Positions 17,376-28,687 of a stretch of 30,896 nt of DNA are shown here, one piece after another. The number at the start of each line of letters is the position of its first letter. Positions within the stretch are counted from its first letter, which is position 1. Under the pieces are notes generated by a model that did no database searches, was not told where the DNA came from, and saw only the letters and a list, made by a program, of their open reading frames with translations. The translations under genes were made by a program, and so were the position numbers. The stretch spans positions 1 to 30,896 of the forward strand of contig JBBCKI010000039.1 in assembly GCA_037190965.1 (NCBI GenBank). The letters run 5' to 3'. This stretch comes from Chthoniobacteraceae bacterium. Its GTDB lineage: Bacteria > Verrucomicrobiota > Verrucomicrobiia > Chthoniobacterales > Chthoniobacteraceae.

Positions 17376-19184
17376 TCAACTCGCCCCCGCGCTCGACTTG
17401 AGCACTTCGATGAAGGCTTCCTGCGGAATGTTGACCTTGCCGATCGATTTCATCCGCTTTTTACCTTCCTTCTGTTTCTCAAGTAGCTTGCGCTTACGGC
17501 TGATATCACCGCCGTAACACTTCGCCGTCACGTCCTTGCGCGATGCCGAGACGTTCTCGCGGGCGACGATTTTTCCGCCAATCGCCGCCTGAATGGAGAC
17601 TTGGTAGAGCTGTGTCGGGATCACCTCTTTGAGCTTCGAGGCAAGGACGCGTCCGCGCGATTCCGCCTTTTCGCGGTGTACGATACTGGAGAAGGCGTCC
17701 ACCGGTTCGCCGTTGACGAGCATGTCCAGCTTCACCAGCTTGTCCGCGCGGTAGCCCGCCGGTTCGTAATCCATCGAGCCGTAGCCGCGCGTGATGCTCT
17801 TGATCTTGTCGTTGAAGTCCACCAGGATTTCGTTGAGCGGCAGCTCGCAGGAGAGCATGACGCGGCGACTGTCAAGCGATTCGGTGTGGTCGACAATCCC
17901 CCGCTTTTCAAGGATCAGCCCCATGATGTCGCCGATGTTTTCATTCGGCACCATGATGAAAGCCTTCACCACCGGTTCGCGGATTTCTTCGATGACGCTC
18001 GGGTCCGGCAATTGCGCCGGGTTGTCCACCATGAGGACTTCGCCGTTGGTCTTCTCGACCTCGTAAATCACGCTCGGGTAAGTCGAGATGATGTCCATGT
18101 CGTGTTCCCGGCGGAGCCGTTCCTGGATGATCTCCATGTGCAACAGCCCGAGGAATCCGCAGCGGAAGCCGAAGCCGAGGGCTACGGAGCTTTCCGGCTG
18201 GTAGACGAACGCCGCGTCGTTGATCTGGAGCTTGCCCATCGCCACCTTGAGGTGCTCAAAGTCGGCGGTATTGATCGGGTAAATCCCGCTGAAGACCATG
18301 GGATGGATCTCCTGGAAGCCCGGAAGCGGCTCGTCGGCGGGGTGATGCTGCTCGGTGAGGGTGTCGCCGATTTTGATTTCCGCCGTCGTCTTGATGTTGG
18401 CGATGAAGTAGCCCACATCACCCGCGTTGAGCTTCGGGCGCGTCTGCATCTTTGGGGTAAAGACGCCGACTTCCTTGATCTCGTAATTCTTGTTGCTGCT
18501 CATCAGCTTGACCCCAAGGCCGGGCTGGATGGAGCCCGAGGCGACGCGGAGGTAAGCGATGACGCCCCGGTAGGTGTCGAAAACGGAGTCGAAGACCAGC
18601 CCGCGCACCCGGTTGTCGCTCATCTGCGTGGGCGGCGGGATGCGATGAACGATCGCTTCGAGAATATCTTCGATGCCCAGGCCTGCCTTCGCGCTGGCGG
18701 GGATCGCCTCGTCGCCCGGCATCGCGAGAATGTCCTCAAGCTGCCGCTGGCAGGAGGGAATGTCGGCCGTCGGAAGGTCGATCTTGTTGATGACCGGGAT
18801 GATGGTGAGCCCCTGCTTGTGCGCGAGGTGGACGTTCGCCACCGTCTGCGCCTCGACCCCTTGGGCGGCGTCGATGATGAGAAGCGCGCCTTCGCACGCC
18901 GCGAGGGATCGGCTCACCTCATAGGCGAAATCGACGTGTCCCGGTGTATCCATCAGGTTGAGGGTATATTCCTCCCCGTTTTTGGCCCGGTACTGCATGG
19001 AGACGGGGTGCGCCTTAATGGTAATGCCGCGTTCCCGTTCCAGATCCATCGAGTCCAGATGCTGATCCTGCGACTCGCGCTTGGAGACGGTGTGGGTCAT
19101 CTCCAGAAGACGGTCGGAAAGCGTGGTTTTCCCGTGGTCAATGTGGGCAATGATGCAGAAATTGCGTGTTTTCTCGATGGACAT
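17376..19184 (-). CDS. lepA: Translation elongation factor 4 (LepA)
   Basis: RNFCIIAHIDHGKTTL, ERERGITIK, DTPGHVDF, NKID, GFRCGFLGLLH, KCYGGDISRKRKLLEKQK. Confidence 0.99.
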   Translation of the reverse strand: MSIEKTRNFCIIAHIDHGKTTLSDRLLEMTHTVSKRESQDQHLDSMDLERERGITIKAHPVSMQYRAKNGEEYTLNLMDTPGHVDFAYEVSRSLAACEGALLIIDAAQGVEAQTVANVHLAHKQGLTIIPVINKIDLPTADIPSCQRQLEDILAMPGDEAIPASAKAGLGIEDILEAIVHRIPPPTQMSDNRVRGLVFDSVFDTYRGVIAYLRVASGSIQPGLGVKLMSSNKNYEIKEVGVFTPKMQTRPKLNAGDVGYFIANIKTTAEIKIGDTLTEQHHPADEPLPGFQEIHPMVFSGIYPINTADFEHLKVAMGKLQINDAAFVYQPESSVALGFGFRCGFLGLLHMEIIQERLRREHDMDIISTYPSVIYEVEKTNGEVLMVDNPAQLPDPSVIEEIREPVVKAFIMVPNENIGDIMGLILEKRGIVDHTESLDSRRVMLSCELPLNEILVDFNDKIKSITRGYGSMDYEPAGYRADKLVKLDMLVNGEPVDAFSSIVHREKAESRGRVLASKLKEVIPTQLYQVSIQAAIGGKIVARENVSASRKDVTAKCYGGDISRKRKLLEKQKEGKKRMKSIGKVNIPQEAFIEVLKSSAGAS

Positions 19185-19388
19185 GCGAACCTAACAGTAT
19201 GCGAGCGCGCGGGAGGCGCGTCAACGGTTCTCTGAATCCGGTTTTTATCAGAAGCCGTAAGGTGCGGCAGCACCGGTAGCCCGCTCGCGCCGTGAGCGCG
19301 GGTATCGACTTCTTGGCTTCATGAGGGCCGCATCCCAATCCCGACCCGTCCTGCGGGGGCGGGCGCCATTTCCCGTCAATTTTTGAGT

Positions 19389-19406
19389 CGATATTGATCA
19401 ATATCG
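19389..19406. promoter_or_regulatory. Perfect 18-bp palindrome in lepA/coaD divergent intergenic region
   Basis: CGATATTGATCAATATCG equals its own reverse complement; regulatory role inferred. Confidence 0.45.
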
Positions 19407-19546
19407 CCTGAAAAACTGCCAAAAAATGGCATCAAAAATCCTTTGTGGCTGTCATGCGCCTCTCGTAACGACATTACCTAGGAGGCGAATTTACCGTAAA
19501 TTTCCTTTCAGAGCTCCGTTTCCCCGCGCAAACTCTCCTCAAATCT

Positions 19547-20026
19547 ATGCGACGAGCGGTTTACCCAGGCAGTTTTGACCCTGTGACCAACGGGCACCTC
19601 GATGTGATCGAGCGGGCGGCCCGTATTTTCGACGAGGTGATCGTCGCCGTGGCGGTTAACAGTGAGAAAACCGGCCTTTTCAGCTTTGAGGAGCGCGTGG
19701 AGCTTTTGCGGGGCGCTCTTGCCGGAACTCCGAACGTGAGCGTCACCCGGTTCGAGGGGTTGCTCGTCGATTTTGCCCGTTCCCAAGGGGCGCAGGCGGT
19801 CATCCGGGGGTTGCGCGCCATCTCGGACTTCGAGTTTGAATTTCAGATGGCACTCATGAATCGGAAGTTGGAGCCGGAAATTGAAACCCTCTTCTTGATG
19901 CCCAAAGAGGAGTACACCTACCTGAGTTCTCGCATCGTCAAGGAAATTGCCCGCCTGGGTGGCAATATCAGCGCTTTTGTGCCAGATTCAGTAGCAGCCG
20001 CTTTACGGGAAAAATATTCCCGGTAA
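19547..20026 (+). CDS. coaD: Pantetheine-phosphate adenylyltransferase
   Basis: YPGSFDPVTNGHLD, RGLRAISDFEFE, LSSRIVKE. Confidence 0.98.
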   Translation: MRRAVYPGSFDPVTNGHLDVIERAARIFDEVIVAVAVNSEKTGLFSFEERVELLRGALAGTPNVSVTRFEGLLVDFARSQGAQAVIRGLRAISDFEFEFQMALMNRKLEPEIETLFLMPKEEYTYLSSRIVKEIARLGGNISAFVPDSVAAALREKYSR

Positions 20027-20073
20027 CGATGTTCTTTTCGATACGATCTCAGTCCTTTTAACCCGCGCCGATC

Positions 20074-20550
20074 ATGAAAATTCATCTCAACCAGATTCCA
20101 CCCGGGCAGACCCTTCACGTTGAAGGAGAAGAAAAAGGCGATATTCTCGACATCGAAGACGAGTTGGTAAGGCCGCTCGATCCGGTTCGCTACTCGCTGG
20201 ATGTGGGCCTCTCCGATGGCGGGCTTTTTGCCACCGGTTCTCTGGAGGCCGATCTGGAGATGGAGTGCGTCGTCTGCCTGGAAAAATTCAAATACACCGT
20301 CAGCATTCCCGATTTCGCCGTTCAGGTGGAGCTTGGGGGGAGTGACACGGTGGACTTGACTGAGGAGGTTCGTGAAGATATTCTCCTCGCCCTGCCGCCC
20401 CATCCGCACTGCGATTGGGATGGCGGGAAGGCCTGTGCCGGCGTGCGAAAAACAACGGAAACGATAAAGACCGAGACCTCCGAAGCGGAACCGAGCGGGA
20501 AAAACCCGTGGGCCACGCTCGACGCGCTGACGAAGCCGAAAGACAGTTAG
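20074..20550 (+). CDS. YceD/DUF177 family protein
   Basis: ECVVCL, DLTEEVREDILLALP, C....C.G, PWATLD.L; directly upstream of rpmF. Confidence 0.9.
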   Translation: MKIHLNQIPPGQTLHVEGEEKGDILDIEDELVRPLDPVRYSLDVGLSDGGLFATGSLEADLEMECVVCLEKFKYTVSIPDFAVQVELGGSDTVDLTEEVREDILLALPPHPHCDWDGGKACAGVRKTTETIKTETSEAEPSGKNPWATLDALTKPKDS

Positions 20551-20615
20551 ACGATCCAGAGTGAAACATCGGCGCCCCAACAGGCCGCCAAAAGAGACAG
20601 AAAAGAGATAATTTT

Positions 20616-20798
20616 ATGGGAGTTCCAAAACGCAAAACGTCGAAAATGCGCCTGCGCACTCGTAAGGCCGCCAATCGCTGGCATGCCCCGCAGCTCGTGA
20701 AGTGCGGACAGTGCGGCAGTAGCATTCGCTCGCACACCGCCTGCCCTTCTTGCGGCTACTACAAAGGCCGTCAGGTGCTCACCATCCAGGCTGCCTAG
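20616..20798 (+). CDS. rpmF: 50S ribosomal protein L32 (zinc-ribbon type)
   Basis: [14 protein letters not shown]...[15 protein letters not shown]. Confidence 0.98.
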   Translation: MGVPKRKTSKMRLRTRKAANRWHAPQLVKCGQCGSSIRSHTACPSCGYYKGRQVLTIQAA

Positions 20799-20884
20799 CC
20801 TAACCGAGATTTTTGGGATCAGCCGTCTCGCGAGAGCGTGAGACGGCTGATTTTTTCCCGATTTTCCCGTTTTATAACCGTCGC

Positions 20885-21916
20885 ATGAAAATCGCGCTGG
20901 ACGCCATGGGCCACGATGAAGGGCCAAAGAACCTCATCGAAGGTGCCGCCATGGCCCTGAGCGAATTTCCGCAGATTTCGCGTCTTTTTCTGACGGGGGA
21001 CACCCCTCGGCTTGAGGCCGAACTAAAACGGATCGGCTGCAATGATGGCCGGATCCAGATTGTCCACAGCACTCAGGTCGTGGAGATGGGCGATAGCGCC
21101 ATCGACGCGGTACGCCGCAAGAAGGACTCCTCGATCAGCCGGGCCGTCGATCTGGTCAAGAGCGGGGAGGCCGAAGCCGTCGTGAGCGCCGGCCATACCG
21201 GGGCCGCCGTCGCCGCCACCACCATCAAGCTCCGCACCCTGCCGGGCATCGAGCGCCCCGGGATCGCGGCAACCATGCCGACGGAGACGAATCTCTTCGT
21301 TCTCATCGACGCCGGGGCCAACACCGACCCGACACCCATCCAGATGATGCAGAACGCCATCATGGGTTCGGTCTACTCCCGGCATGTCCTCGGATATGCC
21401 AAGCCGCAGGTCGGCCTCATGTCGATCGGCACGGAGGACGAAAAAGGGAACGATTTCACGCGCGAATCCTTCGATCTGCTCAAGAACAGCCGGTTGAACT
21501 TCCGCGGAAACGTGGAGGGCCATGACCTTTTCGAGCACCCGGTGGAAGTCGTCGTTGCCGACGGGTTTACCGGAAACGTCGTCCTCAAGACCTCCGAAGC
21601 GATCGCTCATGCCGTCTTTCGCTGGCTCAAGCACGAGATTTACAAGACCCCGATCCGCAAGCTCGGGGGGATGCTCGCCAAAGGCGCATTCCAGAATATC
21701 CGCAGAAAGACCAGTGCCGACGAGTACGGTGGCTCGCAGTTGCTCGGCATCAACGGGGTCTGCATCATCGGCCACGGGGGAAGTTCTCCCACTGCCGTCA
21801 AAAACGCGATCCGCATGGCGACCCAGTCGATCGCACAGCAAGTCAATCCCCACATTGTGGAGGAAATCAAACGCTACAATGAACAAACCGCAGCCTCTCA
21901 ATCCGCGTCTGCATAA
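20885..21916 (+). CDS. plsX: Phosphate acyltransferase PlsX
   Basis: MKIALDAMG, VSAGHTGA, IERPGIA, DAGAN, DGFTGNVVLK, GHGGS; ATG at 20885. Confidence 0.97.
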   Translation: MKIALDAMGHDEGPKNLIEGAAMALSEFPQISRLFLTGDTPRLEAELKRIGCNDGRIQIVHSTQVVEMGDSAIDAVRRKKDSSISRAVDLVKSGEAEAVVSAGHTGAAVAATTIKLRTLPGIERPGIAATMPTETNLFVLIDAGANTDPTPIQMMQNAIMGSVYSRHVLGYAKPQVGLMSIGTEDEKGNDFTRESFDLLKNSRLNFRGNVEGHDLFEHPVEVVVADGFTGNVVLKTSEAIAHAVFRWLKHEIYKTPIRKLGGMLAKGAFQNIRRKTSADEYGGSQLLGINGVCIIGHGGSSPTAVKNAIRMATQSIAQQVNPHIVEEIKRYNEQTAASQSASA

Positions 21917-22901
21917 GCCGAAGCGGACGGTCTCCATCATCGGCACCGGCAGTTATGTGCCGGAACGGGTTCTCACCAATCTGGAACTCGAAAAGATGGT
22001 GGACACCTCGGACGAGTGGATCGTTACCCGTACCGGCATCAAAGAGCGCCGCATTGCGGCTCCGGAGGAATGCACCAGCGACATGGCCGCCAAGGCCGCG
22101 CAGGCCGCGATGGAGCAGGCGGGCATCACCCCCGATGAGATTGACCTCATCATCGTCGCCACCGTCACGCCTGACATGGCATTCCCCTCCACGGCTTGTT
22201 TCGTGCAGAAGCATATCGGCGCACGCCGTGCCGCCTGTTTCGACGTCTCCGCCGCCTGCGCGGGGTTCCTGTACGCGCTGGAGATCGCCCAACAGTTCAT
22301 CACCAGCCACACCTACAACACCATCCTGGTAATCGGTGCGGAAAAGCTGAGCGGGATCGTCGATTGGACCGACCGAAACACCTGTGTCCTCTTTGGAGAT
22401 GGCGCGGGAGCCGCCATTCTTCGCAATCGCGCCAACTCGCACGGCGTCATCTCCACCCACATGGGGGCTGATGGCGAATACACCGACATCCTCACCATCC
22501 CGGGCGGGGGGTGCAAATTCCCGATCACCGCCGAAAACGTTGATCAACGGCTCAACACCATCAAGATGTCGGGTAAGGAGGTCTACAAGCAGGCCGTCAA
22601 TGCCATGCTGAACGCCGCCAACACCGCGCTGGAGCAGGCCGGGCTGCGTGCCGAAGATCTCGCCTGCGTCATCCCGCACCAGGCCAACATGCGGATCATC
22701 GAGGCTATCGCCCAGCGGATGAACGTGCCGATGGATCGTTTCCTCATCAATCTCGACCGGTACGGCAATACCAGCGCGGCGGCGGTCGCCATCGCGCTCG
22801 ACGAAGCCGCCCGCACCGGCCGGATGAAAGAGGGCGATTACATTCTGCTGGTGGTTTTCGGCGGCGGGCTCACCTGGGCCAGCTCCGTCATCCAGTGGTA
22901 G
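21879..22901 (+). CDS. fabH: 3-oxoacyl-ACP synthase III
   Basis: GTGSYVP, AACAGF, LFGDGAGA, PHQAN, GNTSAA, FGGGLTW; ATG 21879 with GGAGG upstream, overlapping plsX end. Confidence 0.97.
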   Translation: MNKPQPLNPRLHKPKRTVSIIGTGSYVPERVLTNLELEKMVDTSDEWIVTRTGIKERRIAAPEECTSDMAAKAAQAAMEQAGITPDEIDLIIVATVTPDMAFPSTACFVQKHIGARRAACFDVSAACAGFLYALEIAQQFITSHTYNTILVIGAEKLSGIVDWTDRNTCVLFGDGAGAAILRNRANSHGVISTHMGADGEYTDILTIPGGGCKFPITAENVDQRLNTIKMSGKEVYKQAVNAMLNAANTALEQAGLRAEDLACVIPHQANMRIIEAIAQRMNVPMDRFLINLDRYGNTSAAAVAIALDEAARTGRMKEGDYILLVVFGGGLTWASSVIQW

Positions 22902-22945
22902 AAGACCGGAAAGTTCGGGGAAGCCGATAACCGGGTGCCATACCC

Positions 22946-23800
22946 ATGATCATTGATACCCACGCCCATCTCGATTTCCCGGAATTCGCCGGGGACATTG
23001 ACGGCGTGGTGCGTCGAGCCGCGGAGGCAGGGGTGACGCGGATCGTCAGCATCGGCACCGATGTCGAATCGAGCCGTCGTGCGGTGGAACTTGCCGACGC
23101 ATTTCCCGGGGTCTACGCCGTTGTCGGGATTCATCCCAATGACGCTTTCGAAACGCACCGCGACAATCCGGGAGTGATCGACTCTCTTCGCGACCTCGCC
23201 CGTCATCCGAAAGTCGTCGCAATCGGCGAAACCGGGCTCGACTACTATCGGCTGCCCAGTAGCCGGATTGATCCCGGCCCCCTCAAGGCGTACGGGTTCG
23301 AAACGACCGGCGATGTTGATGCCGCGATTCAGGACGGCGCGGTAAAAGCAGCGCAGGCGATTCTTTTCGAGCAGCAGCTCGATCTTGCGGCGGAACTCGG
23401 GCTTAACGTCGTCATCCATCAGCGCGGCGACTGCCGCGAAGATACCCTGGCTATTCTTAACCCATTCCGCGACAGGCTCCGTGCCGTATTCCATTGTTTC
23501 CCGGGAACTCCCGAAGAAGCCGACGTGATTCTTGGTCTCGGGTACCTGATTTCATTCACCGGGATTGTCACCTTCAAGAATGGCCAGAACGTTCAGGCGA
23601 CCGCCGCCGCAGTGCCGGACGGCTCATTCATGGTGGAGACCGATTGCCCGTTTCTTGCTCCAGCGCCGCATCGCGGCAAGCGTTGTGAACCCGCCTACAC
23701 GCGACTGGTCGCGGAGCGAATTGCCGCGTTGCGGGGGCAGACGCTGGAAGCCGTGGCGGAAAGTACCACGGCGGTCGCGGAGTCATTCTTCCGGTTTTAA
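22946..23800 (+). CDS. TatD family hydrolase
   Basis: DTHAHL, GIHP, IGETGLDY, IHQR, FHCF, ETDCPFL. Confidence 0.95.
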   Translation: MIIDTHAHLDFPEFAGDIDGVVRRAAEAGVTRIVSIGTDVESSRRAVELADAFPGVYAVVGIHPNDAFETHRDNPGVIDSLRDLARHPKVVAIGETGLDYYRLPSSRIDPGPLKAYGFETTGDVDAAIQDGAVKAAQAILFEQQLDLAAELGLNVVIHQRGDCREDTLAILNPFRDRLRAVFHCFPGTPEEADVILGLGYLISFTGIVTFKNGQNVQATAAAVPDGSFMVETDCPFLAPAPHRGKRCEPAYTRLVAERIAALRGQTLEAVAESTTAVAESFFRF

Positions 23801-23927
23801 CCTGAAAACGGCAAAGATCGGGGTGATCTGGCGTAATCTGCTGGCCGCGAAGTCGTAGGTCGCCTGCGGGGGCTTGGCACAGGCCCACGCGAGCGGCAAT
23901 TGCCGTGCGATATAGGGGGCAACACCC

Positions 23928-24416
23928 ATGAATCTCGCCCCTTTTTTTGCCACGGTCCGGTCCTTTGGTCCCCTGATCCTTCGCATCGGGCTGGCCATTG
24001 TCATCTTCCCTCATGGCGCGCAGAAAGTGCTCGGCCTTTTTGGCGGCAGTGGCTTTGCGGGAACGATGGAGTTTTTCACTCAGACGCTCCACATTCCCTA
24101 TGCCCTCGCTTTGGTGGCGATCCTGACGGAATTTTTTGCTCCGATTGCGCTATTCCTCGGGTTCTTCACCCGCCTGGCCGCCTTGGGCATTGTCATCCAC
24201 TTCATCACCGCCGCGATCCTCGGCGGGCATATCGCGAACGGATTCTTTATCAATTGGGCGGGCAATCAGAAAGGGGAGGGGATCGAGTACCATATCCTGA
24301 TGGTTGCCTCGGCCCTCGCGTTGATGTTCATGGGCGCTGGAAGATGGGCGCTCGACAATTGGATGGCTCGCAATACGCGGAATGATGGAAAGCTCCCCAG
24401 CGGGCGTCTGCCGTGA
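23928..24416 (+). CDS. DoxX family membrane protein
   Basis: LRIGLAIVIFPHGAQK, LGFFTRLAA, GEGIEY, GAGRWALD. Confidence 0.93.
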   Translation: MNLAPFFATVRSFGPLILRIGLAIVIFPHGAQKVLGLFGGSGFAGTMEFFTQTLHIPYALALVAILTEFFAPIALFLGFFTRLAALGIVIHFITAAILGGHIANGFFINWAGNQKGEGIEYHILMVASALALMFMGAGRWALDNWMARNTRNDGKLPSGRLP

Positions 24417-24589
24417 TGTAAAACAGTTGTCAAAACCTCTTGGGATCCTTATGGATTCAAGCCCGTGAAGTTTTTTGCTGGATGCTCATTGCCATGGTTG
24501 CTCTTGGGATCGGGAAGGTGGCAACAATGGCGCAGGAATCGAGTAGATCTTCGGTTGCGATGGTCAACTAGCCTTGACCGGGTGGTAAG

Positions 24590-24621
24590 AAAAACCCCCA
24601 GAGCGAGTAGCCCTGGGGGTT
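24590..24621 (-). terminator. Intrinsic terminator downstream of thrS
   Basis: Minus strand CCCCCAGGGC-TACTC-GCTCTGGGGG followed by TTTTT, about 35 nt after the thrS stop. Confidence 0.75.
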
Positions 24622-24655
24622 GACGATTTGGGATCTGCCGGGAAGCGGGCTTGGT

Positions 24656-26617
<1,962 letters not shown>

Positions 26618-26687
26618 GGGAAAAGGGATCTAAAGGTTTCAAAAAAGGGGGGCGAGCATAAAGGGCCGCCGGAGTTCTCTCAACTCC

Positions 26688-27239
26688 TCATTTAAGGGCG
26701 GCGAGCCCCTTGATATCGATCCGTTTAAGCCACGTCCGCAGTTCCTTGGGATCGACGTTCGTGAGTTCGATCTGCACGAAATAGCGGTTGCCCACAAAGA
26801 CCGAGAGCGAGCCGGTCTTCGCCGCCTTGTTGTAGTGCTCGATGGCGCGCATCCCGTCGATCTCGACCCGCTTGTCGTACCCTTCTTCAGTTTCGCTGCT
26901 TCCCTCCCATTGCATCTTCTTTTCCACATCGAAGAGATCGACGTTGTTGGTGGAGTCGATGATGGTGATCGAACCGGAGGGAGAGTTTTCCTCATTTCCC
27001 TGGTAGTAGCTCCGCTGCGCGCTGCTCAGGCGAATGTCGTCGGAATCGGTCGTGGAGCTTTGCGGCTTTTCGGCGGCCCAGCCCTCCGGCGGCTCTGGCA
27101 GGAATGCCCGGAGCTTTTCGTGGCTTACCAGTGGAGCGATTGGCTGCGGGGTGGCAAGCGTCGGCGTCTCCTGGGCATAGGCCGTGGAGAAGCCCGCCCA
27201 GCAAACGGCGGCGATCAGCCAGAAAAGAAAAACTCTCAT
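26688..27239 (-). CDS. Exported hypothetical protein (183 aa)
   Basis: ATG at 27239 gives signal peptide MRVFLFWLIAAVCWAGFSTAYA-QE; the longer ORF-track start overlaps the upstream gene. Confidence 0.75.
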   Translation of the reverse strand: MRVFLFWLIAAVCWAGFSTAYAQETPTLATPQPIAPLVSHEKLRAFLPEPPEGWAAEKPQSSTTDSDDIRLSSAQRSYYQGNEENSPSGSITIIDSTNNVDLFDVEKKMQWEGSSETEEGYDKRVEIDGMRAIEHYNKAAKTGSLSVFVGNRYFVQIELTNVDPKELRTWLKRIDIKGLAALK

Positions 27240-27270
27240 GGGTAAATTTGTGAACCGGTCCCGTGTAAAG

Positions 27271-28509
27271 TCAACCTCGAGCCTCCGGGGGATATGACCC
27301 TTTGGGAACTTTCGGAACTTTGGGAATCTTTTCCAGCGCGCGCGCCGCGCGGTTCCTCCAGCGCAGGTTGGTGACGTAGGGATCGAGCCGAGCGAGGAGA
27401 AAATACGCCGCCTTCTCCAAAAACCGCCGCCACCACCCGCGCGAGGCCTTCCATTGCGCGGGATCGACCTCACGGCTGTAGGCGAGGTCATTCTCGAAGA
27501 GGGCGCCGGCCTGCGCGGCGACGCTGGGATCGGAAATCCTCAACGAAAGCTCATAATTGAGCTTGAGGCTGCGCGCGTCGAGATTCGCCGAACCGGCGTA
27601 GACCACGCTATCGATCACGAAGAGCTTCGCGTGGAGGATTTGCGGTTCGTATTCGTAAACCTTCACCCCCGCATGCATCAGCTTGGCGTAAAGACTCCGG
27701 CTGGCAAGCTGGGCGGTTACGACGTCGGATTTCCCCGCAAGGATAAGGCTCACCTCGCCGCCGCGCCGCGCGGCGCGCATCAGCGCCCTGCGGAGCCGCC
27801 AGGTGGGCAGGAAGTACGCGCAAACGATCTGCACCCGCCGCGCCCGGGAGAGATCGCGGATCAACGCGCGCTTCAAGGCGCGGTGTCCCCGGCCCGGGCC
27901 GGAGAGCAGGAGAGTCCATTCATCGCCCTGGATCTCCGTATCGAGCGTCTTGCGCAGTGTTGGAAACGCGGGGAGGCGAGTGTCGGCGCTCGCAAAAAGC
28001 TGGGTAAAGCTGGAGGCCAGCGCGGAGACCACCGGCCCCCGCAGTTTCAACCCGAGATCGCGCCATCCCGAGTTCACGCCGTCGCCATAATAGACATCCG
28101 CGATGTTGAACCCTCCGATAAAAGCGGTCTCCTCATCGATGACCAGCAGCTTGCGGTGGTTCCGGCAGCCGTACCGTTCCTGGGCATGAAATGCGTTGAA
28201 CCAGCGGAACTCTCCTCCTGCATGGATCAGTGGCGTCCAGAACTGGGTGGGCAGGGTGATGGAGCCAAGCGCGTCGATGAGCACCTGCACACGCGCTCCC
28301 CGTTGCCGTGCCTGGACCAGCGCCTCCAGGAAACGGTGCCCGACGGTGTCGTCGTCGAAGATATACATCTCCAACAGGACGAGACGCCGAGCCGCGTCGA
28401 TGGCATCGAGCATCGTCTCCAGCCCCATCGCCCCGTTGGACAGCCAATGGAAAGCGCCGGAATCAGCAGAATCAAACGCCAACGGAGTTTCTGGCCGGTG
28501 TGGAGTCAC
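27271..28509 (-). CDS. Cardiolipin synthase (ClsB-like) phospholipase D family protein
   Basis: Two HKD motifs (RNHRKLLVID, LHAKLFVID), GGFNI, WRD, GSANLD.RS..LNYE; GTG at 28509 chosen because TATCTT lies 6 nt upstream. Confidence 0.9.
   Translation of the reverse strand: MTPHRPETPLAFDSADSGAFHWLSNGAMGLETMLDAIDAARRLVLLEMYIFDDDTVGHRFLEALVQARQRGARVQVLIDALGSITLPTQFWTPLIHAGGEFRWFNAFHAQERYGCRNHRKLLVIDEETAFIGGFNIADVYYGDGVNSGWRDLGLKLRGPVVSALASSFTQLFASADTRLPAFPTLRKTLDTEIQGDEWTLLLSGPGRGHRALKRALIRDLSRARRVQIVCAYFLPTWRLRRALMRAARRGGEVSLILAGKSDVVTAQLASRSLYAKLMHAGVKVYEYEPQILHAKLFVIDSVVYAGSANLDARSLKLNYELSLRISDPSVAAQAGALFENDLAYSREVDPAQWKASRGWWRRFLEKAAYFLLARLDPYVTNLRWRNRAARALEKIPKVPKVPKGSYPPEARG
27300..27326. 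repeat. 3 x 9-bp tandem repeat encoding PKVPKVPK in the cls tail
   Basis: CTTTGGGAA CTTTCGGAA CTTTGGGAA. Confidence 0.7.
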
Positions 28510-28687
28510 CGAAGAAAGATAGTGATTTACCGTGTTCTTGGAAACAGGTTCCTGCAAAAGTTATGAAACTCAACAAGGCCCTTCTTTGTCCGGTTTGGTT
28601 CGACGAAGACGCATTACGGCCTAGACTTGTATGTCTCGTTGGTTAACAAGGTCTTGTGAAAAATGAAAAATGAAGACCAATCGGACC

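Noticed and set aside
17601..19235. 544-aa ORF on the plus strand
   Set aside because: Antisense shadow of lepA; such stop-free frames are expected opposite GC-rich, codon-biased genes
21522..21878. 119-codon N-terminal extension of fabH in the ORF track
   Set aside because: Lies inside plsX in another frame; FabH similarity and a GGAGG site support ATG 21879
23894..23905. 12-bp palindrome CGGCAATTGCCG upstream of DoxX
   Set aside because: Several palindromes of this length are expected by chance in 31 kb
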